Positions 53,163-60,964 of a DNA stretch of 64,000 nt are shown one piece after another. Position numbers and translations under genes: made by a program. The notes under the pieces are model-generated. The model did not search any database and was not told the DNA's origin. It worked only from the letters and a program-made list of their open reading frames with translations. The stretch lies in contig CAMYUM010000004.1 in the NCBI GenBank assembly GCA_947301965.1, positions 26,149 to 90,148 on the forward strand, given 5' to 3'. Position 1 is the stretch's first letter. Every line of letters starts with the position of its first letter. The DNA comes from an uncultured Azospirillum sp. GTDB taxonomy: Bacteria; Pseudomonadota; Alphaproteobacteria; RF32; CAG-239.

Positions 53163-54173
53163 ATGAACCATAAGAACGAAGAATCTTTTCAGGAAGAATT
53201 ATGTATCCATTTTGATACAGATCAACATCAAATACCATTAGATGTCTTCTTAACGACAGGTATATCTATAAATAAAATATCAAAAGAATTTAGTAAAAAA
53301 TTTTTTGATAATAAATTAAATCCAGAGATTTATGTTGTTCCACCTGAAAATGGTGGTTTTTTGGAGATTTTGGATTTGATTGTATCAAATCACCCAGTAG
53401 AAGTTGCTGTATCAGGATGGTTTTTAAATTTTTTATCTGAGAGATATACAGATAATAGCCTTAAAGCTTGGGCGGATAAAACAGGGTGTTTAATATTTGA
53501 TGAATTAGAAAAAGAAATAAAGAGGATATTAAAGGCGAAAGATAACATGCTAATGGATGCCAAAATAGCACTAAAATTATATATGTATTCATTAAGTAAT
53601 TTTATTTTAGCAGATATTAATACTTTGAAAAATTGGAATATGACTCCAAGGGAATTCAGAGATTCTTTTGAGGCTAAAAACAATTTTTACGAAAGCTGTT
53701 TACAGCCTAATACAGGTATAAAAGGAGTTGGATGTTGTAGAAAACATTATTTTGCTGTAAAAAGAAATGAGTTTTCCAATCATATAACAAAATTACCTGC
53801 AAATGACGATGATGTTTATTATAAATTACAAAAAGTTATTATAACTAATCCAACTATTGTAGATGATAATACACCTTGGACAGGCAGACTTGTATCAAGC
53901 AACAAAAAAATAACATTTTATATGAAAGATGAAAATTTTAAGGATAAATTAATCAAGGGGTTATGTCCCCTCAAGTCAAGTAATCTAGATGATGAAATGC
54001 TAATATACTTTGAATATAGAACTGTATACGGAAAAAATCTCAAACCACGAGTAATCACTTCGGCAAATATTGTATATTCCTTTAATGAAAAACAATTAAT
54101 TCCAATTCCTGATGGACTTATGATTGAATTACCTCAAAAAGATGAAAATCCTGCACAAATGAAATTGTTATGA
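53163..54173 (+). CDS. Orphan hypothetical protein (336 aa), islet cargo
   Basis: Long uninterrupted ORF in very AT-rich DNA. No signal peptide, TM or catalytic motif recognised. Confidence 0.6.
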   Translation: MNHKNEESFQEELCIHFDTDQHQIPLDVFLTTGISINKISKEFSKKFFDNKLNPEIYVVPPENGGFLEILDLIVSNHPVEVAVSGWFLNFLSERYTDNSLKAWADKTGCLIFDELEKEIKRILKAKDNMLMDAKIALKLYMYSLSNFILADINTLKNWNMTPREFRDSFEAKNNFYESCLQPNTGIKGVGCCRKHYFAVKRNEFSNHITKLPANDDDVYYKLQKVIITNPTIVDDNTPWTGRLVSSNKKITFYMKDENFKDKLIKGLCPLKSSNLDDEMLIYFEYRTVYGKNLKPRVITSANIVYSFNEKQLIPIPDGLMIELPQKDENPAQMKLL

Positions 54174-54181
54174 TTTATGGT

Positions 54182-54202
54182 TGTTAGGAAACATAGGTTA
54201 AA
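54182..54202 (+). repeat. 21-bp motif tgttaggaaACATaggttaaA, copy 2
   Basis: See copy 1. A further gaggttaa lies at 54226-54233. ~160 nt upstream of ORF 54361. Confidence 0.6.
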
Positions 54203-54360
54203 ACAACTTTTATTTTTCGATAATAGAGGTTAATTTTTCTGCCCTGTATGAGTGATTTTATATAGGCTAATGTAATATGAACAATTATTACATTGTTTAT
54301 TGATATTTTACTATTGATAATTTATTATTGCTATAGAATTTAATTTTGAGGAAATGCAAA

Positions 54361-54744
54361 ATGTGGAATATTTTTATTGCTGTTGTTTTCGTGCTTATTT
54401 GTTATGAAACAAATAAATATCGCAAAGAAATATATCGACTTACAAATGAAAATTATAATCTTAAAAAAGAAAATGAAAAATTAAAAGTAGGTAGAACCGC
54501 CTATTCTATAGGTGATAAAATTGTATATTTTACCCCAGATGAAGATAAGCGATATGCAAAATGGCATGATTATTATTACTTTGACCACTGTAAAGAAGTA
54601 AGTCTAAGTGATGAAGAAGAATTGGATATTGTTATATCTGGTATCATAACAAACAAATCTAACCAACAAATTTTGAAAGAATTAATAGATAAAACTAAAT
54701 GCAACCAACAAGCTCTCGAAAAGAGAACAGAAGAGACTGAATAG
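54361..54744 (+). CDS. Orphan small membrane-anchored protein (127 aa), islet cargo
   Basis: ATG at 54361 with a GAGGAA RBS. N-terminal TM (WNIFIAVVFVLICY) then a coiled-coil-like NENYNLKKENEKLK. Confidence 0.5.
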   Translation: MWNIFIAVVFVLICYETNKYRKEIYRLTNENYNLKKENEKLKVGRTAYSIGDKIVYFTPDEDKRYAKWHDYYYFDHCKEVSLSDEEELDIVISGIITNKSNQQILKELIDKTKCNQQALEKRTEETE

Positions 54745-54864
54745 ATAGTAAAACTTCCCAACACCTTGATTTTCTTATCTTCTTTGTGAAATTAGTTCGA
54801 AGATTGTCTGGTGTAAGGCATATTTAGTATCAAACATTCGAACTCGCCGAAAGCCTTGCAAAAT

Positions 54865-54893
54865 AAAGAAAAAAGCCACCTAAAAAGGTGGCT
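54865..54893 (-). terminator. Rho-independent terminator downstream of tRNA-Gln
   Basis: agccacc-taaaaa-ggtggct, followed by a T-run on the minus strand (A-run 54865-54873 on plus). Confidence 0.6.
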
Positions 54894-54902
54894 TATCTGC
54901 TC

Positions 54903-54977
54903 TGGCTGGAGTGGCAGGATTCGAACCTACGAATGTCGGCACCAAAAGCCGATGCCTTACCACTTGGCGACACTCCA
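54903..54977 (-). tRNA. tRNA-Gln (anticodon UUG)
   Basis: The reverse complement reads TGGAGTG-TC-GCC-AAGTGGTAA-GGC-A-TCGGC-TTTTGGT-GCCGA-CATTC-GTAGG-TTCGAAT-CCTGC-CACTCCA-G-CCA. This is a cloverleaf with an encoded CCA and resembles E. coli tRNA-Gln. Confidence 0.9.
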
Positions 54978-55036
54978 ATTTTGATGCTCCCATATATCTA
55001 TGCTAAAAAAATCTTTTTTGCAAGCAATTTTTTCAC

Positions 55037-55897
55037 TTATTTTTTGTGGGGTAGCTTTTTCTTATCTTCTTTTTCCTGCAAAACTTGCAAATCGCGCTCG
55101 GTCGCCAACTTTACCAAAATTGTTTTGATAACGGTGTCAATCTGTCCGTCTTCCGAATAATCCGCCGGCAGCGCAAAGTTAACTCTGTCATCGCTCAAAA
55201 GTTTGATTGCCTTGCGTTTGTGGTGGCTCTTCGGGCGATAAACCGCCACCGAATACCCGCCGTTTTTCTTAACCAGCCGCATTGACGGAATATCGGTATC
55301 TCCATCTCCCAGATAAATCATGCGTGAGAACGGTATCGGCCTATCTTCGTCGGGCATAAACTCATTTACCGCACGGTCTTCCAGCTTGCCCAGACCTTTG
55401 TTAATCTTTGACAGATATTGGGTCTTGGTTGAATAATTAACCACTCTTGCCGGCCAAATAGGATGTCCTTTGCTGTCATAGGCATAAGCACAGCCGAAAA
55501 CTTCCTTAAAATACTTGCGGATTGAGCAACCTTGAATAATTTCCTCATAACCTGATGAAATAATGTAGTGCTCAATATCAAGTTCCAGCCTTTTACCAAA
55601 ACGATTAATACGTTCAAACCATTCCTCCACGCCGTCATAATATTTTATGCCTTTGGCGCAGTCGGCAAAAACCTGTTTACTCAAAGGAATTTTTTTCTGC
55701 TTTGACATTTTTACGAAATAATACATGGAGCTTGTAATTTGGTCGGCATCGTTGTCATGCCACCATTGGTTAGCCTGTTTCCAAAAAGTCTTCGGTCTCA
55801 TCTTAAACAGCTGAATTAAGCCAAAATTCTGCATATCTGTTGTGCTTAAGGTGCCATCAAAGTCATAAACAAGCGCAACTTTTACTTTTTTTACCAT
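55037..55897 (-). CDS. HAD-superfamily hydrolase (paralog B)
   Basis: YDFDGTL, GVEEWFERIN, WPARVVNYSTKTQYL and GDGDTDIPS are shared with paralog A. Confidence 0.75.
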   Translation of the reverse strand: MVKKVKVALVYDFDGTLSTTDMQNFGLIQLFKMRPKTFWKQANQWWHDNDADQITSSMYYFVKMSKQKKIPLSKQVFADCAKGIKYYDGVEEWFERINRFGKRLELDIEHYIISSGYEEIIQGCSIRKYFKEVFGCAYAYDSKGHPIWPARVVNYSTKTQYLSKINKGLGKLEDRAVNEFMPDEDRPIPFSRMIYLGDGDTDIPSMRLVKKNGGYSVAVYRPKSHHKRKAIKLLSDDRVNFALPADYSEDGQIDTVIKTILVKLATERDLQVLQEKEDKKKLPHKK

Positions 55898-55981
55898 TTT
55901 TATTTATCTCCACTTGCTATTTTATCTTAAATATCTTATAAGACAAAGAAGTTAACAAATTAACAACAAAGGATAAAAACA

Positions 55982-57340
55982 ATGCCTGCAACTACAATGG
56001 ACCAACTTGTTTCTTTATGCAAACGCCGCGGCTTTATCTATCAAAATGCCGATATCTACGGCGGTTTACAAGGTGTTTATGACTATGGTCCACTGGGGGT
56101 TGAACTCAAAAATAACCTCAAGGCCGCTTGGTGGCGCTCTATGGTCTATGAACGCGACGATGTAGAAGGTTTGGACGCCGCAATCTTGACCAACCAAAAG
56201 GTTTTGCACTATTCCGGACACGAGGACACTTTTTCTGACCCGATGGTTGACTGCAAAAAGTGCAAAGGTCGTTTCCGTGCCGATCACATCAACGGCAAAT
56301 GCCCCAACTGCGGCTCCACCGAACTGACCGAACCGCGTCCGTTCAACCTTATGTTCAAAACCGCAATCGGTCCGGTTGATGACGGCTCATCTTTCGGCTA
56401 TTTACGCCCGGAGACCGCACAGGCAATTTTTACCCAATTCAAAAATGTTGTCGATTCTACCTCGCGTAAACTTCCGTTCGGTATAGCCCAAATCGGTAAA
56501 TCTTTCCGCAACGAAATTACCCCGCGTAACTTTATCTTCCGTGTACGTGAGTTTGAACAGGCCGAACTTGAGTTCTTTATTGAACCCGGTGAAGACGAAA
56601 AATGGCACGAAATCTGGAAAGAAAATCGCATTCAATGGTGGCTTGATCAAGGCTTGAAAAAAGAACATATGAACATCTATACCACTCCGAAAGAAGACCT
56701 CGCTCACTACGCTAAAGCCTGCTATGACATTGAGTATCAGTTCCCGCACGGTATGGAAGAGCTTGAAGGTATTGCCAACCGTACCGACTATGACCTTGGC
56801 AACCACACCAAAGCTCAAGAAGAGATGAACCTGACTTCCCATTGCCACGCCAATCCCGATTCGACACAAAAACTATGCATAATGGATGACAATAACAAAT
56901 GGGTAATTCCGTTTGTAATTGAGCCGTCTATGGGTATTGATCGCGGTGTATTGGCAGTTATGACCGAAGCTTATACCGAAGAAGATTTGGGTGAGGGCAA
57001 CAGCCGTATTGTGTTGAAACTCAAAAAACACCTTGCTCCGATTAAGGTTGCGGTTATTCCGCTCAAAAAGAACAACGAACAGATTATGAGCAAATGCCAC
57101 GAAATCAAACAAAACCTGCTCAAACTCGGCATCGGTCGTGTGGCCTTGGAAAACACCGGTAACATTGGTAAAGCTTATCGCCGTCATGATGAAATAGGTA
57201 CTCCTCTTTGCATAACCGTAGATTTTGAAACCATTGAGCAACAGCCGGAATCTGTTACCATTCGCGACCGTGATACCATGGAACAGCATCGAGTTAATGT
57301 TGCTGATTTGCCAAGCTATCTGAGAGAATATTTTTTATAA
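55982..57340 (+). CDS. glyQS: Glycine--tRNA ligase (alpha2 homodimeric type)
   Basis: N-terminus [37 protein letters not shown] is typical. 452 aa with class II motifs. Confidence 0.9.
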   Translation: MPATTMDQLVSLCKRRGFIYQNADIYGGLQGVYDYGPLGVELKNNLKAAWWRSMVYERDDVEGLDAAILTNQKVLHYSGHEDTFSDPMVDCKKCKGRFRADHINGKCPNCGSTELTEPRPFNLMFKTAIGPVDDGSSFGYLRPETAQAIFTQFKNVVDSTSRKLPFGIAQIGKSFRNEITPRNFIFRVREFEQAELEFFIEPGEDEKWHEIWKENRIQWWLDQGLKKEHMNIYTTPKEDLAHYAKACYDIEYQFPHGMEELEGIANRTDYDLGNHTKAQEEMNLTSHCHANPDSTQKLCIMDDNNKWVIPFVIEPSMGIDRGVLAVMTEAYTEEDLGEGNSRIVLKLKKHLAPIKVAVIPLKKNNEQIMSKCHEIKQNLLKLGIGRVALENTGNIGKAYRRHDEIGTPLCITVDFETIEQQPESVTIRDRDTMEQHRVNVADLPSYLREYFL

Positions 57341-57364
57341 TTAACAAAACTAAGGACAAATAAA

Positions 57365-58642
57365 ATGTTGGATATTAAGTTTATCGTTGAAAACCCGGAA
57401 GTAGTTAAAGAGGGTTTTGCTAAAAAAGGTTGTAACATTAATGTTGATGAACTCATCAAGCTTTATCTTGATGTTAATAAACTTAAAACCTCGTCCCAGT
57501 CCTTAGCTGAAGAAAAAAATCGCTTGAGTAACTCCATAAAATCTGCTTCTGCAGAAGATCGCCCGGCCATAATCGCAAAAAGTAAGGCAATCGGTGACGA
57601 GTTCAAACTCGAGCAGGAAAAACTCACCGCAGCTCAGGCTCGCCTTGATGAAATTATGTGGCGCACGCCTAATCTGCCCAGTGCTGAAAGTCCGGTCGGC
57701 GTAGATGACACCGAAAATGTCGTTCGCCGCAAAGTCGGTGATATTCCGCATTTTGATTTTACTCCTCGTGATCATGTTGAATTGATGGAAATGAACGGTT
57801 GGAGTGAGTTAGAACGTATTACCAAAGTTTGCGGTTCGCGCACCTATGCTATTACCGATGATTTGGCACGCCTTGAGTTGGCTATCCACCTCATGGTTAT
57901 AGATAAATTAGCCGCCAATGGCTTTAGGGTTATTAATGTGCCGTCAATTTCTAAAGAAAAACCGCTATACGCTCAAGGTTATCTGCCCTTTGCCAAAGAC
58001 GAAATCTATTATATGCCTGAAGACGATGTTTATTTGTCAGGTACTGCCGAGTTGATACTTAACTCCCTCCGTGCTGATGAAATTTTGTCTGAAAATGAAT
58101 TACCGATTCTCTATGCCGGATTTTCTCCGTGTTTTCGTCGTGAGGCCGGAGCTGCCGGCAAAGATACACGTGGTCTGACCCGTGTTCACCAGTTTATGAA
58201 AACTGAGCAATTTGTTATTTGTAAAAACGATATTGCCGAAAGCGAAAAATGGCACCAAAAGTTACTACAAATCTCGGAGGAAGTTCTGCAGGATTTGGAA
58301 TTGCCTTACCAAGTATTGGAAGTTTGCACCGGCGATATGGGAGCTCCCAAATATCGTCAATACGACCTTGAAGCCTGGGTTCCGACACAAAACTGCTATC
58401 GTGAAACCCACAGTTGCTCCAATATTACCGATTGGCAGGCTCGCCGCACCAATTTACGTTATCGCGATAACGCTGACGGCAAGGTCAAATTTGTTCACAC
58501 CCTTAACAATACCGGTATTGCTACTCCGCGTGCTTTGGTTCCGTTTTTGGAAAACCATCAGCAGGCCGACGGCTCAATCCGCATACCGGAAAAACTGCAG
58601 CCTTATATGATGGGCAAAAAGTTTATCGGTGGTAAAAAATAG
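57365..58642 (+). CDS. serS: Serine--tRNA ligase
   Basis: MLDIKFI... N-terminal coiled-coil arm; class II core (FRREAGAAGKDTRGLTRVHQF, TLNNTGIATPRAL). Confidence 0.95.
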   Translation: MLDIKFIVENPEVVKEGFAKKGCNINVDELIKLYLDVNKLKTSSQSLAEEKNRLSNSIKSASAEDRPAIIAKSKAIGDEFKLEQEKLTAAQARLDEIMWRTPNLPSAESPVGVDDTENVVRRKVGDIPHFDFTPRDHVELMEMNGWSELERITKVCGSRTYAITDDLARLELAIHLMVIDKLAANGFRVINVPSISKEKPLYAQGYLPFAKDEIYYMPEDDVYLSGTAELILNSLRADEILSENELPILYAGFSPCFRREAGAAGKDTRGLTRVHQFMKTEQFVICKNDIAESEKWHQKLLQISEEVLQDLELPYQVLEVCTGDMGAPKYRQYDLEAWVPTQNCYRETHSCSNITDWQARRTNLRYRDNADGKVKFVHTLNNTGIATPRALVPFLENHQQADGSIRIPEKLQPYMMGKKFIGGKK

Positions 58643-58650
58643 TTTATAAA

Positions 58651-58674
58651 GGCTCTCATTTGAGAGCCTTTTTT
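58651..58674 (+). terminator. Rho-independent terminator
   Basis: ggctctca-tt-tgagagcc followed by T6. Confidence 0.8.
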
Positions 58675-58733
58675 ATGTTATTCCCTTGTATTTTTATCCG
58701 ATTGGTTTATTTTATATGCAGGGAGCGGTTTGT

Positions 58734-59393
58734 ATGAAATTAAACACAAACAAGTTAAAAGTTGTGATTTTTGATTGGGACGGCACTTTGGCTCAAAGCG
58801 ACCGACCTCGTGTTCAGGCAATTAATCAGATTTTGCAAAAACATAATTTGCCCTGTTGGAATGATGTCAAACGGCTTCGTGATGAAAATCTGTCGTTTAT
58901 GGATAATTTCCCCAAAATTTTTGGTACAAATTCAGACATAGCCTATCGTGAATTTTGCAAACAATATCTTACAATCATAAAACAAGGAATTCTCGGTTAT
59001 GACAAAGCTCAAGAAGTAATAAAGCTTTTGCGCCGGCGCAATGTCAAAATAGCTATCATGACTAACAAAGACCGCTCTTTGCTTGAGGCTGAATTGCCCC
59101 AGCTTTTTCCTTCCGAATATTTTGATCGTATAGTCTGCGGTCACGAAGCTCCGCGCGATAAGCCTTGTGCCGAACATGCACTTTACACACTTAACGGACT
59201 GATAGATGTTGACTCAATATCTCCTGATACTGTATGGATTATAGGTGACAGCAAATTGGATAATCTTTGCGCGGAAGCAATTAATGCCCGCCCGATTCGT
59301 ATTAATGCCGTCATTGATAAACAAGAACAATGCTTATGCCAAAACATGGTTTGTTTTAAAGATTTTGCAACTTTGTACAAAGCCATTGACTAG
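58734..59393 (+). CDS. HAD-family phosphatase (phosphoglycolate phosphatase-like)
   Basis: Motif I VIFDWDGTL, motif II MTNK, motif IV GDSKLD. Confidence 0.75.
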   Translation: MKLNTNKLKVVIFDWDGTLAQSDRPRVQAINQILQKHNLPCWNDVKRLRDENLSFMDNFPKIFGTNSDIAYREFCKQYLTIIKQGILGYDKAQEVIKLLRRRNVKIAIMTNKDRSLLEAELPQLFPSEYFDRIVCGHEAPRDKPCAEHALYTLNGLIDVDSISPDTVWIIGDSKLDNLCAEAINARPIRINAVIDKQEQCLCQNMVCFKDFATLYKAID

Positions 59394-59404
59394 AGGATCC
59401 GACT

Positions 59405-60964
59405 ATGAAACAAAACCCCGAAACTGAAAAACAGCAACGCTGGCGACGGATTATATGGGTAGCCGCAATCATTATTGTCCTTGGCGTGGCCAACTATTTA
59501 TATTTCATTTACAAAGTTTCATCTAACCATACTCTTGCTTCCCATTACACCGTAGAAGGAGATCCCATGGAGCAATACCGCAATCCTGCCGTTGCCGGAC
59601 TTTTTTATCCGGCGGAAGCTGAAAATTTGAATCATATCATCGATTCGCAATTAAATTCTGATTATCAAAAACACCTTTCACAACCCAAAATCATAATTGT
59701 TCCCCATGCCGGCTATCAATATTCAGCGTCGGCAGCTGCCCAGGCTTATTTGCCGCTTAAGGACTATGCTGAACGGATCAAAACAGTAATTCTAATTGGT
59801 CCGTCACACTATGTTGCCCTAAACGGAGCGGCTCTGTCAAATGCCGAATATTTCAAAACCCCGCTCGGCTCGATTCCTCTTGATAAAGAAATTATACACG
59901 AACTCAAACAGCACAAATCATTTGCTTTCAATGTCAAGGCTCATGAAAAAGAACATTCACTTGAAGTCCAGTTGCCGTTTTTACAGAAAGTATTATCCAA
60001 ATTTACCATTGTTCCGATTGTTTACGGCTACATCAGTCCGGAAGAAATGGCTGACGCTCTGTCAAAATATGTTGCTCGCTCTGATGTTTTGCTGGTAGTC
60101 TCGGCCGATTTATCGCATTATCACGAATATGGAGATGCCGTCCTGCTTGACAATGCCACAGCCGAAAAAATATCAGAAGGCAAAGCCGAGGTTGATTATT
60201 ACCACTCATGCGGTGCAGGTGGTATAAACACCGCCTTGTTGCTAAGTTCAAGACTTCACCTGAAACCCGAAGTGTTAGCCCTGATTAACTCCGGCGATAC
60301 CGGCGGTGACAAAAGTCGTGTTGTCGGATACGGAGCATGGTCGTTTAGTAGCGATGGTGTTGAAGTCAGCCGCATAGAGCGTGAATATAGTGGTCTTCAG
60401 GGATTTGTTTCTGAATATGGGAGTCAAATCTTAAGCGCAGCGCGCAAATCTTTGGAGTTGGCTGTTCAGGGCAAAAAATACCGTCCTTCACGCAAAGAAT
60501 ACGATGATCATCTGTTCGATCGCGGAGCTGTTTTCGTAACCTTAAGCAAAAACGGTGACCTGCGAGGTTGTATCGGCTCGCTTTATCCTCATCAAGCAAT
60601 AGTTGCCGATGTTGCTGACAATGCTTATAACGCTGCCCTTAATGACAATCGTTTTTCAGCCATAAACCAAGATGAGCTTAAGGATATCAAAATTTCTGTT
60701 TCATTGTTAACCGGATACGAAAGAATAGATTACAAGGACGAGCAACATTTGTTATCTCAGCTGCGCCCTGAAATTGACGGAATAGTTATTCGTGACGGAA
60801 ACAGACAAGGTTTGTTTTTGCCATCTGTATGGAAACAAATCCCCGACCGTAAAGATTTTCTGAACAATCTGAAATTAAAAGCCGGTATGAGCCCGAGTTT
60901 TTGGTCAAATGACATTAAGGTTTACCGTTTTAGAACCGTGGAGATAAAAGAAGATGCAAATTAA
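59405..60964 (+). CDS. Membrane-anchored MEMO1-like (AmmeMemoRadiSam B) / AMMECR1 (A) fusion protein
   Basis: N-terminal TM. MEMO motif IIVPHAGYQYSASAAAQAY. The C-terminal AMMECR1 domain has GAVFVTLSKNGDLRGCIGS. Confidence 0.8.
   Translation: MKQNPETEKQQRWRRIIWVAAIIIVLGVANYLYFIYKVSSNHTLASHYTVEGDPMEQYRNPAVAGLFYPAEAENLNHIIDSQLNSDYQKHLSQPKIIIVPHAGYQYSASAAAQAYLPLKDYAERIKTVILIGPSHYVALNGAALSNAEYFKTPLGSIPLDKEIIHELKQHKSFAFNVKAHEKEHSLEVQLPFLQKVLSKFTIVPIVYGYISPEEMADALSKYVARSDVLLVVSADLSHYHEYGDAVLLDNATAEKISEGKAEVDYYHSCGAGGINTALLLSSRLHLKPEVLALINSGDTGGDKSRVVGYGAWSFSSDGVEVSRIEREYSGLQGFVSEYGSQILSAARKSLELAVQGKKYRPSRKEYDDHLFDRGAVFVTLSKNGDLRGCIGSLYPHQAIVADVADNAYNAALNDNRFSAINQDELKDIKISVSLLTGYERIDYKDEQHLLSQLRPEIDGIVIRDGNRQGLFLPSVWKQIPDRKDFLNNLKLKAGMSPSFWSNDIKVYRFRTVEIKEDAN

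Larger units (their letters stand above)
52966..54913. mobile_element. Putative integrase-less genomic islet at tRNA-Gln
   Basis: Bounded by direct copies of the tRNA 3' end. The interior is markedly AT-rich and holds two orphan ORFs. No integrase or transposase. Confidence 0.45.

Noticed and set aside
54794-54844. 8-bp inverted repeat agttcgaa / ttcgaact in the non-coding tail of the islet, a possible sRNA or second tRNA fragment
   Set aside because: The stem is short, the loop is 35 nt, and there is no promoter or terminator context. The resemblance to a T-loop is limited to TTCGAA.
54888-55160. 90-aa plus-strand ORF
   Set aside because: It spans the tRNA-Gln gene and the 3' end of the minus-strand HAD gene, so it is not coding.
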